Shown piece after piece: positions 22,700 to 35,364 of a DNA stretch of 64,000 bases. The notes below the pieces were generated by a model, which saw only the letters and a program-made list of their open reading frames with translations, did not search any database and was not told the origin of the DNA. The position numbers were made by a program, and so were the translations under genes. Source of the DNA: Mobula hypostoma (taxonomy: Eukaryota); assembly GCF_963921235.1 (NCBI RefSeq), contig NC_086097.1:66714001-66778000 (forward strand), in the 5' to 3' direction. Position 1 is the first letter of the stretch. Each line of letters opens with the position of its first letter.

Positions 22700-24570
22700 G
22701 TTTGTGCGCCAAGAATGGGTTCAGAGTTGGTATGTTCCTTGTGTGAAATGTAGGAACTTTGGGAGACCTCCAGTTTCCCTGATAACTACATTTGCACAAA
22801 GTGCACCGAGCTGCAGCTCCTCAGAGGCTGTGTTAAGGAACTGGAGCTGCCGCTCGATGACCTTCGGCTCCTACGGGAAGATGAGGTGGTGAGCAATAGG
22901 AGCTACAGGGAGTTAGTCACCCCTAAGTTGTGGGAGGCAGGTAACTGGGTGACTGGCAGGGGAGGGAAGGGAAACGGGCAGCCGGTGCAGAGTAACTCAG
23001 GAAGGGAGAAAAGGGGTGTATTAGTGATAGGGAATTCCATAGTCAGAGGAGCAGATAGCCAGATTCTGTGGATGACAAGGAGACACCTGGATGGTATGTT
23101 GCCACCCAGGTGCCAGGTTCAGGAATGTCTTATACTGGGGTCCACAGCATTCTAAAGGGGGAGGGTGAACAGCCGGTAGTTGTAGTACCAATGACATAGG
23201 TAGGAAAAGGGAGAAGATCATGAAGAGAGAAGATAAAGAGTTAGAAAGAAAGCTGAAAAGCAGGACCTCCAAAGTAGCAATCTCTGGATCACTGCCTGTG
23301 CCACACACCAGTGGTGAATTGGCAGATGAATGTATGGTGAACAATTGGTGCAGGGGGCAGGGTTTCAGATTTCTGGATCATTGGGATCTCTTCCATGTAG
23401 GTATAACCTGTACAGAAAGGACGGGTTACTCTGGAACCCGAGTTGGACCAATATCCTTGCAGGCAGGTTTGCCAGAGCTGTTGGAGAAGGTTTAAACTAA
23501 TTTGGCAGGGGGATGTAAACTGGATGGCTGAGGATGAGGATGTTGGTATGCAAGTAGATGCAATGTGTAGTGAGACTGTGAAGAAGGACAGGCTGATAAT
23601 AGGGCAAAATTGCAGTCAGTAGGACGAGTTAAAGTGTAACAGGGAGCCAAAAGCAAAATGGATGATGAATACAGGACAGAGGGTGTTATATTTGAATGCA
23701 CGCAGTATACAGAATAAGATACAGTAGATGATCTTGTAGCACAGTTAGAGATCAGCAGGTATGATGATGTGGGTATCTCTGAGTCCTGGTTGATAGAAGA
23801 TCATAATTGGGAGCTTAACATCGATGGATATACATACTGTATGTCAAAAGGATAGGCAAGTAGAAAAAGAGAGTGGGATGGCTCTGTTGGTAAAACTTAA
23901 GTTAAATCCTTGAAAAGAAGAGACATAGGATCAGAAGATGTAGAATCCTTGTGGGTAGAGTAAGAAACTGCAAGGGTAAAAAGGTGGCCACCCAGTGGGA
24001 GTGCAATGGGAGTTATACGTAGACCTCTGAAGAGTAGCCAGGACGTGGGCTACAAATTACAAGGGGAGATAGAAAAGGCATGTAAAAAGGATAACGTTTC
24101 AATAGTCATGGGGGATTTCAATATGGGAAAATCAGGTTGGTGCTGGATTCCAAGAGAGGGAATGTGTAGAATGCCTAGAAGGTGGATTTTTAGAGCAGAT
24201 TGTGGTTGAGCACACTAGGAGAATGGCAATTCTGGTTTGGGTGCTACGTAATGACACAATTGATTAAGGACCATAAGGTAAAGAAGCCTTTCGGAAACAG
24301 TGATCATAATATGTTAAGATTCATCCTGTAGTTTGACAAGCTGAAGACAAATTCAGATGTATCAGTACTAGAGTGAAGTAAAGGGAATTACAGAGGCACG
24401 AGAAGGGAGCTGGGCAAAGTAGGTTGGAAGTGGACACTAGCAGGGATGACAGCAATAGCTGGAGCTTCTGGGAGCAATTCAGAAGGCTCAGAAAAGATGC
24501 ATCCCAAAGTTGAAGGAGTATCCTAAAGGAAGGATGAGGCAATCGTGACTAATGAGGGAAGTCAAAGATG
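22700..24570 (+). mobile_element. CR1 5' half: ORF1 (SGNH esterase-like) and endonuclease; decayed
   Basis: VLVIGNSIVRG; ELERKLKSRTSKVAISGSLPVP; WCRGQGFRFLDHWDLF; IVMGDFNM. Confidence 0.9.
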
Positions 24571-24574
24571 ATTT

Positions 24575-25420
24575 TCAAAGTTCAAAGTAAGTAAAATTTA
24601 TTATCAGAGTGCATACAACCCTGAGATTCTTTTTCTGCAGGCATACTTAGCAAATCTATAGAACAGTAATTGTTAGCTGTAAACATCAGGGACTGTTAAC
24701 TGTAAACAAACTGTGCAAATGCAGATATAAATAAAGAGTATGAAGTAACAATATCATAGAGTGCTTAAATGAGTGTAGTTATCCCCTTTTGTTCAAGAGC
24801 CTGATGGTTGAGGAGTAGTCACTGTTTTTGAACCTGGTGGTGTGAGTTCTGAGGCTGTTGTACCTTCTACAGCAGTGAGGAAAGAGCACGGCTTGGGCAG
24901 TGAGGATCTTCTGATCCTCCAACTATGGAATCCCCAATCACTACTGCACTCCTCTTCTCCCCACTTCCCTTCCGAGCCACAGAGACCTGGTCGCTGCAGT
25001 TTCCCCCCATTGAAATACAGAAGGGAAATTTGAGGGGTAGTAACTGTACTTGAATCTGGTGGTGCAAGTCCTGAAGTACCTGTACCTTCTACCTGATGGC
25101 AGCAGCGAGAAAAGAGCATGGCCTGGGTGGTGAGGATCTCTGATGATGGATGCTGCCTCTCTATGGCAACGTAGATGAGCTCAATGGTTGGGAGTGTTGT
25201 ACTGGACCAAATCCATTACCTTTTGTAGGGTTTTCCACTCAAAAGCATTGGTATTCCCATACCAGGCCGTAAAGCAGCCAGTCAGCACACTTTCCACCAC
25301 ACATCTGTGGAAGTTTGCCAAGGTTTTCGATGGCATGCTGAACCTCCGCAGACTCCTGAGGAAGTAGAGGCACTGTCGTGCTTTCTTCACAATTATATTT
25401 ATATGATGGGTACAGGACCA
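24575..25420 (-). mobile_element. Rex1 3' fragment with an internal duplication and a captured CR1 piece
   Basis: ORF 25181-25390 (KKARQCLYFLRSLRRF...VESVLTGCFTAWYGN); tail ttcaaagttcaaagt. Confidence 0.88.
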
Positions 25421-25649
25421 TCATAACGTGATTGAGATCTGCCTCCCTTTAAAGGCAGAATTCTGGCCAAGATGAGTCCCTGGACTCGTTAGTCTGTTCA
25501 TGTGGGGATGAGCATCCATGTGAAAGGTCTCGTTCCCAGAGAGCTTGCTAGGTTTTTCAGAGAAAGATCACAGAATGTGATCATGCTCTCTCTGGACACA
25601 GTGCCTGATACTCCTGCATTTTGGTAAGGAAATATCTTCACTTAAACTT

Positions 25650-25790
25650 CATCCAGTCCTGATGAAGGGCTGAAACACCATGTGTACATTTCCCTCCATA
25701 GCAGCTGCCTAACCTGCTGAGTTTCTCCAGCATTGTGTGTGTGTGTGTGTGTTGCTTGAGATTTCCAACAGCTGCAGAATCTCCTGTGCC
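25650..25790 (+). repeat. Penelope-derived short repeat with a decayed hammerhead and (TG)n
   Basis: agtc-ctgatga-agggct-gaaac followed by a tail matching 6135-6210. Confidence 0.7.
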
Positions 25791-26482
25791 TGGATAAGGA
25801 CATGTCTCCTCTAACTGAAGGTTGACAGTGATGCATTCAGGGCTGCGGTCTGTAGGCCCTCTTCCAACATTCATTCTTGGGATATTAAGTGGCAGGTTAC
25901 CATAGTATCCCAGTGATGCCTAGCAACCATCATCTCCAGCAAGTGGAAGTCTCACCTTCTCTGCTTGTTCTGGGAGATTACAAATTAATTTCAACACCTG
26001 CTGTCAAGGTTCAAACTAGAAGTTTAATTACTGTGGCCGTAGTAGCAAATTGGTGACCACGGTTTCAGCAACAAGGGACATAACACTTGAACAAGGGAAG
26101 TCTTTCACCCTTTCAAAAGCACACCTAGACTTTGTCAGAACTTTTTTTCAATGAATTCAAGGAAGTTTTGTGTTTACCACTGATTTCAATGATAAAGCTT
26201 TTTCAGAAAATTCAGTCCACTCAGGACAGAGCAGCACCTATGAATACCTACACCTCACTGCTCAATGCTTTTAACTTCTGACAGTGCATCATCTGCCCGA
26301 CTGATGATAAGGAAATTGTCATGTCTACTTTGGCAGCACTTGAAAGAATTGACTTCTACCACTCAGTAGGACAAGGCAGTGATCACTTGGGTATTTTAAC
26401 AGCTGCAAGGTGGCCTCCAAGGCACATACATTAGTATTCCCCTGTGGTTTCTTATTCACAATACTTTTGCTGCTGCAGTTTG

Positions 26483-27598
26483 TGTCATAAGGGAGGTGGC
26501 TGGGAATGGACCCAAGTGCAAGACACAGACACTGAAGTACTAGGGAAAGGACTAGGATACAGGGTGAGGGCTAGGACATGGACACGAGGATCGGGAACCC
26601 AGAACAGGACTGGACAAGAGAGCTAGGAGCCCGGGCTTGGACTCCGAGCCAGAGACTGGACAAGGACCCAGAACCTGAGTCATGCCTCTGGCTCGGACCC
26701 CAGAACTAGGCAAGGATGTGACTTGGCAGTCAGGCAGGACGAGGCTGGAGTATTCAGACTTGAGGCAAGGCTGGAGACCAGAGACTTGAGGCGAGGCTTG
26801 AGACTTGGGGTCTTGAAGCTTGGCTTGGGGCGAGGCTCAAGGCTTGGGGTCTTGAAGCTCCTCCTGGGCAGGGCGCAGTACTCCTGAGCAGGGCACAGAT
26901 CACCTGGGCAGGGCGCAGATCTCCACCCGATGGAGCAAGGGACAGGAAGGGACAGAACCAACCGCAGGGTAACGGCAATACGGCCTGGCTTACCCGATGG
27001 AGGCAAGGAACGGGAAGGGACAGAACCAACCATAGGTAATGGCAAGATGGCCTGGCTTACCCGATGGAGGCAAGGGACAGGAAGGGACAGAACCAACCGC
27101 AAGGTAACGGCAAGACAGCCTGACTTACCCGGCGGAGACAAGGGACAGGAAGGGACAGAACCAACCGCGGGTAACGGCAAGACGGCCTGGCTTACCTGAC
27201 AGAGGCAAGGGACAGGGAGGGACAGAACCAACCGCAGGGTAACTGCAAGACGTCCTGACTTACCCGGCGGAGGCAAAGGACAGGAAGGGAGCTAGGTACA
27301 GGGTGGCTCCAAGACAAGACTATGGGCGAGGCGAGGCGAGAGTTACCGGCAAGACAAGACAGGGCTTCAGGCGAGGAAACAGAAGGCAGGGGAAGGGATA
27401 CAAGGAATAAGGACAAGAACAATCCAGCAGCCATGCCCTGGTCTCTGAAGGTATTTATGCAGCCAGCCCCAACGAGAATCAGCTGCCTCAATTAGTGCTC
27501 AACAGGAGCAGAAACAGGGTAGACAGGGAAACCTGGAGCAAGGGTCGATGGACCGGACCGTGAACCGGAATACGGACATCACGAACCGGACCATGACA
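26483..27598 (-). mobile_element. Solo-LTR-like element, 1116 bp
   Basis: Termini TGTCAT...ATGACA; 5-bp TSD GTTTG (26478-26482, 27599-27603). Orientation inferred from a minus-strand TATA-like CATAAATAC (27451-27459) next to CAGCTG. Confidence 0.85.
26925..27290. repeat. Tandem array of 67-68-bp units, about 5.4 copies
   Basis: Units start at 26925, 26992, 27059, 27127, 27194 and 27262; core gggacagaaccaacc. Preceded by three 20-bp units at 26861-26920. Confidence 0.95.
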
Positions 27599-27959
27599 GT
27601 TTGGGAGTTGCTAGCTACAGGTAATGCAGTGTTCAGGGAGAGAAGTCCTCGCCATGCTGCTAGGAGATTTGAGATAAATGTTTGACCTTCGCTTCCGCCT
27701 GACACCTGATTATAAATAAACAAAATGGTCAAACTAGATTACAACACATTTCCCATGTTTCTGTCCCTCCATCCAACATCTCAGTTTAACTTTGCATCAT
27801 TTTGTTCTAACCAACCACTGTCCAGGTTAGCTGGCTGACAGGCAACGTCTAGACGACTGCTGAGTAACAGTGATGGAAGCCTGAAAGATATTGATGGGCG
27901 AAGCTACTGCCACTCCACTGGGGTGAGGCAGCAGGATTACTCAGAATCTGCTGGTGGTC

Positions 27960-28380
27960 AGATTAAGATTCAGAATACGCTCATTATCAAAGTGTGTATG
28001 CAGTGTACAACCCTGTGATTCATCTTCCCACAGACAGACACGAAACGAAGAAACACCATGGAACCCGTTCAAAGAAAACATCAAAACACTCAAAGCGCAA
28101 TAAAAAAAATCACAATAACAGCAAAAAAAAGAGTGAAAAACACAGAATATAAAACATCAAACCACAGAGTCGTTGAAACAGTTCAGTTCAGTTCAGTTCA
28201 GTTTAGCACTGTGTCATTTGTTGATGATCAGCCATAGAGCCAGTCTGCCCCAATCAAAATCGCACAAAATAGCAACAAAAAAGGAGTAACCAGAAACCAG
28301 AAACACATCATAACGTGAACTATAGAATCCAATCCACAAACTGCGTCAAAGAAACCTTTCCCAAGACCCAAGACTCTGGC
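27960..28380 (-). mobile_element. Rex1-type 3' UTR fragment with (GTTCA)n
   Basis: cattatcaaagtgtgtatgcagtgtacaaccctgtgattcatcttc matches the other Rex1 tails. Confidence 0.6.
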
Positions 28381-28914
28381 GTGATCCTCAGGCCCCTTTC
28401 AAATCTTTCACACTAGCGTCAGATTACTGGACAACTGTAGACCTCTGTAAGCTCACTAAACTCTGAAAAGGCCATGATGGCAGCAGTCTGAGATGGTACG
28501 TCAGAAGCCAGAGCTCCCCAGCTATGCTCACACATGGGGAAGCTTCTTCCTACAAGAGTAGAAGTTGAGCCTCAGCCAGTGGATGCTGTCTGTTGATGTG
28601 TAACTAGCTGCTGCTTTATTGAGGAATGGATGGGGTCCAGGCTCCATGTAAAACCCCGTACAGGGCTGAAACTGGACTCTCCAAACTTCCAGATGTTCCA
28701 CACATTTTCAGGCAGACAAAAAAAAATCCAAACTTCATGATGTGGACATTCAAGACAATTCCTCTCAAGGGTATTGTTATCAGATTGGTGCTTGAGTTAC
28801 CCTTTCCTCCTGGCCTTTCTGCAGTTTCTCACAGCTGGTGATGCTCCATATGCTGGTCCAGGCTCTAAGCTACCTTTTGTTTGCATCTGAGCTACTCAGT
28901 GCAATGGTTACTGA

Positions 28915-30270
28915 GTCATCAAGTCAGAGAGCAATACAACAAAGATACAGGCCTACTGGCCCAACTAGCCACTGCTGACCACAGCGCCCACCCAATTAGT
29001 CCCAGCTTCCCTTGCCCTTCCATGTACCTATCTAAGTGCTTCTTAAATGTTATTATTGTAGCTGTTCCAACCACTTCCTCTGGATCTTGTTCCAGTTACT
29101 CATTATCCTCCAAGAGAATAAGTTGCCCCTCAGACCCCTTTTAAATTTATCACTCTAAACCTATATCCCCTAGTTTTGGACAGCTTTACCCTGGAGAAAT
29201 TAATGTTACCGTCCACCTTATCTATGCCTCTCATAGTTTTAAACACTTCTACAAGGTTGCTCTCATTCTCCTATGCTCGAAGTGTCATGTGTGACGCCAA
29301 GCAGAGCTACCGGACGGATGATGCTAATGAAAGAGATAACGGAAGACAATGGAGAAACATTCAAAATGCTAATAAGAGAGAGAAAGGAGATTAACAAAAG
29401 AAACACAATTCAGATATTGGCTGACTGGTTGCTTTGAACCTGAACAGTTTGAGTTTGATGGACAGGTGATACCCCAGCAGGAGGATAAAAAGAGCAGGTT
29501 TGCTAAGGCACGGCACGCCATGAGACCCTGGAAAGAGCAGTGTGCCCCCACAAGTTGGTGAGAGTTTGGAGGTCCGGTTCGCGGGAACCGATCAGAGGCT
29601 CACAGGGTGTAAAGGTATGATCGGTGGGAACCTGGGGTGTGTGTCCGCCCTTGCCTGGGTGCCAGGTTCACCGCGGAAGAACAATCGTATCTGGAATGGA
29701 GGGGTCGCAGTCAGTGACCACAGTGAGATTAGAAGACATCAAAAGGTCTGCCCGAAACCAACTGCATCTCTCTCTCTCTCTCTCTCTCCCCCGTCCCCCC
29801 CAACGGTACAACAACAGCGACTACTTCGAACTGCACTAAACTGAAGTGAACTCTGCTTCACTTAGGACTGATCATTTTACCCCTAGACTGCGATAGAGCT
29901 TGGGTGATTCCTATTACCCTAGTTCTGTGTATATGTGTATAATATCATTGCTAACCTGTTACATTTATATCCTTATGATGAGTGTACTGTATTACTTATT
30001 TCTTTAATAAAACTTTATTAGTTCCTAGTACGCACAGACTCCAACAAGTGTTCCATTTCTGCTGGTTTGGCAACCCAGTTACGGGGTACATAACATAAGG
30101 AATAAGGACCTAGCCTGGACAATGTTTCCCTATAATTCAGGTCTTCTAGTCCTGGCAAAAATCCCATAGATCCTCTCTGCACTCTTTACAGGTTAACCAC
30201 ATCTTTTCCACTATGAGGCAACCAAACCTATATACGATGCTCCAAATTCATCCTCAGCATGGACTTATAC
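28915..30270 (-). mobile_element. Old CR1 3' fragment split by a solo LTR
   Basis: ctcattctcctatgctc...|...aggaataaggacctagcctgg continues across the insertion. Confidence 0.75.
29283..30095 (+). mobile_element. Solo-LTR-like element, 813 bp
   Basis: Termini TGTCATGT...ACATAACA; 4-bp flanks GAAG/TAAG; GATAAAA near 29483; AATAAA at 30006-30011; (TC)n at about 29767-29788. Confidence 0.75.
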
Positions 30271-30944
30271 AAAGTCCTTTCTTCAGTTTCCATGACTCAG
30301 CTGCTGAGGATTGTACATGTGAGATCTCCAGGGTTTCTAAAAGGAGGAAGATAAAGTGAGGGGAGTGTGCATACAAGGGAATGGTAGTTCAGTAGTCTGT
30401 ATATCAGAAAGCACAAGAGATTTGTGGGCTTGGGGAAAGAACATCCTCTCTGTCAACTCCTGGCCACGCCCTGTCCAGCAGCCAAGTCCATGATGACTAT
30501 AGTGTGTCCTTAAGGCAACTTCACCTGTGCATCCCTGCCAGTCCAACATTGCACGTAATTGTTCCTCTCCACTGCCTCCTGCAAGAGAGAGGAAACGGTG
30601 ACAATAAGTGTTTCGCAATGTGTTAAACAGCTGGATGTGTGGTTAAGATCGAGATCTGTGTGAATGTTAGAGTGTTGCTAAGTATGTGAATGTCTTTGAA
30701 CAAGGCCTCCTACTCAAATAGTCAACAAAATTACCTCAAGGTTTCAGGCTGGAAGGCTAAAAAAACCAGTCGAGAGTTTCTGTGGAGAAGTGATGGGATA
30801 AATTGTGTATTGTTGTAAATCTTTTTGTAAAAGCAAACAACTTCTTCACATTTTAATCAGCTCATAGCCTGTTTTTAGCCATTATTTTTAAAATGTCTCA
30901 TGATCACTTATAACATGCCAGGTCGGCCATTGGTCCATTCTATT

Positions 30945-31757
30945 TCAGATGGCGTTCAACCCAGATAAGTATGAAGTGGTTCATTTTGGTAGGTCAAATT
31001 TGAAGACAGAATATAATATTAATGGTAAGACTCTTGGCAGTGTGAAGGATCTGAGAGATCTTGGGGTCCGTGTCCATAGGACACTCAAAGCTGTTGCGCA
31101 GGTTGACAGTGTTGTTAAAAAGGCGTATGGGGTGATGGCCTTTGTTAACCATGGGACTGAGTTCAAGAGTCATGAGGTAATGTTAAAGCTATATAAGACC
31201 TTAGTTAGACCCCACTTGGAGCACTGTGTTCATTTCTGGTCATCTCACTACAGGAAGGTTGTGGATACCATAAAGAGAATGTAGAGGAGATTTACAAGGA
31301 TATTGCCTGGATTGGGGAGCATGCCTTATGAGAATAGGTTGAGTGAATTTGGCCTTTTCTCCTTGGAGCGATGGAAGATGAGAGGTGACCTGATAGAGGT
31401 GTATAAGATGATGAAAAGCATTGATCATGTGGATAGCTGAGGCTTTTTCCCAGGGCTGAATTGGCTAACATGAGGGGGCATAGTTTTAAGGTGCTTGAAA
31501 GTAGGTACAGGGGATGTCAGAGGTAAGTTTTTTTACACAGAGAGTGGTGGGAGCGTGGAATACACTGCCAGCGACAGTGGTAGAGGTAGATACAATAGGA
31601 TCTTTTAAGAGAATCTTAGATAGGTACATTCAGCTTAGAAAAATAGAGGGCTATATGGTAGGGAAATTCTAGGCAGTTTCTAGAATAGGTTACATGGCTG
31701 GCACCACATTGCAGGCTGAAGGGCCTGTAATATGCTGTAGATTTCTATGTTCTATGA
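30945..31757 (+). mobile_element. CR1 3' fragment
   Basis: ORF 30949-31284 (FNPDKYEVVHFG...RPHLEHCVHFWS); tail ttctatgttctatg. Confidence 0.93.
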
Positions 31758-32289
31758 TATTGTAAACAGGGGTTAATTACAATTCTTCTGGTGGTTGATG
31801 CCAACAATTCTTTCCAGGTGAAGCAATGATTTATTTCCTTCAATTAAATACACAGTACTCAATTCTAAATTTACTGAGAACACAACTGCTAATTGAGTAA
31901 TAATTTCATGGACTATCTCCCTTCAATCCATAAGCATGAACTGAGGTAAGTGTCACCTGACGATAATCTCAGTTCATCATGATTCTCTCTCCTACTGACC
32001 CCTGCCCTTAGTCTTCTATGCTGTTCAAATGAAACTCCAAGAATAGTATCTTGTCTCCTAACCTGGCAGCTTACAGCTTTCCACCTATAACACTCACTTT
32101 AACAATTTTAACTTGTCAGCTGCGAATTTTAATTTAAGATTCCCACTATTGATAGCATTTTCCTCTTGTGATTTCAAGCAATTCAATTTTACCACTTACT
32201 GTTCCTCCAGACTTATTTCTGTCTTCTTATGTAACATAATCATCTTGTATAGACATCACTTCATTTTATTTACTCACTCTGTGCTACTC

Positions 32290-32600
32290 AAAGAGTCAAA
32301 CAGGCCCTTTGGCCCAACTGGTCCATGTTGACCAAGGAGCCCATCTAAGCTAGTTCCATTAGGGCCCTCATCCCTCTGAACCTTTCTGTTCAAGCGCATT
32401 TTAAATGTTGTTAATCTATTGCCTCAACCACTTCCTCTGGAAGCTCATTCCATACACAAAACAACATTGGGTGAAAAGTTCCCCCTTGGGTCCCTATTAA
32501 ATCCCTCAACTTACCTTAAACCTATGCCATCTTGATTCTCAGCTCTAGGGAAAAATGGATATGTGTATCCTCTTTCTAATACCCTCACGACTATACTATT
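32290..32600 (-). mobile_element. Old CR1 3' end
   Basis: aacaggccctttggcccaac...accacttcctctggaagctcattccatac, as in the other reverse CR1 ends. Confidence 0.7.
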
Positions 32601-33129
32601 CACTATTCAACTCCGAAAGTCACATTATCAAAATGCAAATAACTTGCTGACACGGTCGGATCTTGCAGGAGGGTGAAAGAAAGAGATGGAGAAGAGCAAG
32701 AGGTTCTACCAGGGATTGCTGTTCCGCAGAACAGAAATTAACTTTACCTTTTACAGGGTGGCAACAATTCCACTTGCAGCCCTACATCCAGACCAGTCCA
32801 TCTGGCATTGCTGACCTGCTGTATAGCGCAGCTCAAATTTCAGCAGCATGCAGCAATATGGTAAAGTCTGAAGCCAGGAACACCAGAAAGGTTTGTTTCC
32901 TAATGCTATCTCTCCCAAAATAGTTTGGAAACCTCATTCACTTACATTGGGAATCTCAATCCCCAGAAAGAGAAAGGTAGATGATTATTTTGTTTCATAT
33001 TTTAGTGTTTTGTTTTTAATTGTTAAAATCAATTAAGTCCCTTTAAATAAGGTTGAAGGTACTTTAAATAATGGTATAGCTGAGGGTGGGGATAGAGAGG
33101 TCTAGTATCTCGCTTAACATAGCTTTCAC

Positions 33130-35355
33130 AGAGTCAGAACACTACAGCACAGAAACAGGCCTTTTGGCCCATCTAGCTCATGCTGAACCATTAATCTGCC
33201 TAGTCCCATTGACCTGTACCTGGACCATAGCCCTCCATACCCTTCTCATCTATGTACCCATCTAATGTTTTCTTAAATGTTGAAATTGACCCCGCATCCA
33301 TCACTTGCACCGGCAGCTCATTCCACAATCTCACCACCCTCTGAGTGCTGAAGTTCCCCCTCGTTCCTCTTAAATATTTCACCTTTCACCTTTAAACCAT
33401 GACCTCTAGTTGTAGTCGCCCCCAACCTCTGTGGGAAAAGCCTGCTTGCATTCACCCTATGTATACCTCTCATAGTTTTGTATATTTCTATCAAGTCTCC
33501 CCGCAGTCTTCTGTGCTCTAGGGAATGAAGTCCTAAACTATTCAATCTTTCCCTATAATTCAGGTTCTCAATTCCCAGCCACATCTTTGCAAATGTTTTC
33601 TGCTCTCTTTGAATCTTACTTGCATCTTTCCTGCAAGTGGGTGACCAAAACTGCACACAATACTCCAGATTAGGCCTCACCAACTTCTTACACAATTTCA
33701 ATGTCATTTCCTAACTCCTGTATTCAATACATTGGTTTATGAAGGCCAATGTGCCAAAAGCTTTCTTTTCAACCCTATATATCTGTTACACTACTTTTAA
33801 GGAATTATGGATCTGTATTCCCAGATCTCTGTTGCTCACTGTGTAAGATCTACCCTGGTTGGTCATATACTTGTCTGCATTAAATTCTATCTGCCATTTT
33901 TCAGGGTATTTTTCCAGCTGGTTCAGATCCTGCTGCCAGCTTTGATAGTCTGCCTTGTTGTCCACTACACCCCCAATATCGTGTCATCCGCAAATTTGCT
34001 GATACATTTCACTGCATTATCATCCAGATCATTGATATAGGTGACAAACAACAATGGACCCATCACCGATCCCTGTGGCACTCCACTAGTCACAGGCCTC
34101 CAGTCAGACAGGCAGCCATCTACTACCACTCTCTGGCTTCTTCTGCAAACCAATAGAACCATGCCATAGAAACTACAGCACAGAAACAGGCCTTTTGGCC
34201 CTTCTTGGCTGTGCCGAACCATTTTCTGCCTAGTCCCACTGACCTGCACACGGACCATATCCCTCCATACACCTCCCATCCATGTATCTGTCCAATTTAT
34301 TCTTAAATATTAAAAAAGAACCCGCATTTACTACCTCGTCTGGCAGCTCATTCCATACTCCCACCACTCTCTGTGTGAAGAAGTCCCCCCTAATGTTCCC
34401 TTTAAACTTTTCCCCCCTCACCCTTAACCCATGTCCTCTGGTTTTTTTCTCCCCTTGCCTCAGTGGAAAAAGCCTGCTTGCATTCACTCTATCTATACCC
34501 ATCATAATTTTATACACCTCTATCAAATCTCCCCTCATTCTTCTACGCTCCAGGGAATAAAGTACTAACCTATTCAACCTTTCTCTGTAACTGAGTTTCT
34601 CAAGTCCTGGCAACATTCTGGTAAACCTTCTCTGCACTCTTTCAACCTTATTTATATCCTTCCTGTAATTTGGTGACCAAAACTGAACACAATACTCCAG
34701 ATTCGGCCTCGCCAATGCCTTATACAACCTCATCATAACGTTCCAGCTCTTATACTCAATACTTCGATTAATAAAAGCCAATGTACCAAAAGCTCTCTTT
34801 ACGACCCTATCTACCTGTGATGACACTTTTAGGGAATTTTGTATCTGTATTCCCAGATCCCTCTGTTCCACTGCACTCCTCAGTGCCTAATGTCTAATAC
34901 AATTTACTACCTCACCTTGAATGCCAAGTGACTGAACCTTCTTGACCAACTTCCCATGGGGGACCTTGTCAAATGCCTTCCTAAAGTCCATGTAGACAAC
35001 TTGTACCGCCTTGCTTTCTTCAACTTTCCTGGTAACTTCCTCATAATAAAACACTATAAAACTGATTAGACATGACTTGCCATGCACAAAGCCATATTGA
35101 CTAAACCTTATCAGTCCATGTCTATCCAAATACTATATATCCAGTCCCTTAGAATACCTTCCAATAGCTTTACCACTCCTGATGTAGGCTCACCAGCCTA
35201 TAATTTCCTGGCCTATTCTTAGAGCCTTTCTTAAACAATGGAACAATGTTGGCTATCCTCCAATCTTGCGGCCCATTACCCATGGCTAAGGACATTTAAA
35301 ATATCTCTGCTAAGGTCCCCGCAATTTCTGTACTAGCCTCCTACAGAGTATGAGG
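33130..35355 (-). mobile_element. CR1 RT fragment hosting a younger CR1
   Basis: ORFs 33318-33707, 33965-34279 and 34887-35129 carry CR1 RT motifs. Confidence 0.92.
34155..34887 (-). mobile_element. Younger 5'-truncated CR1 nested in a CR1
   Basis: Uninterrupted ORF 34230-34871 plus its own 3' tail; the host reading continues on both sides. Confidence 0.88.
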
Positions 35356-35364
35356 GATTGTTAA

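Noticed and set aside
26680..27276. 198-aa ORF with a 45-aa repeat
   Set aside because: It is a by-product of the 135-bp DNA period; there is no domain or other coding evidence.
26925..27290. CRISPR-like regularly spaced repeats
   Set aside because: Whole units repeat with no unique spacers, there are no cas genes, and the context is a eukaryotic LTR.
31980..32260. Very old Penelope GIY-YIG C-terminal relic
   Set aside because: The resemblance to 5700-5790 is too faint to support by eye.
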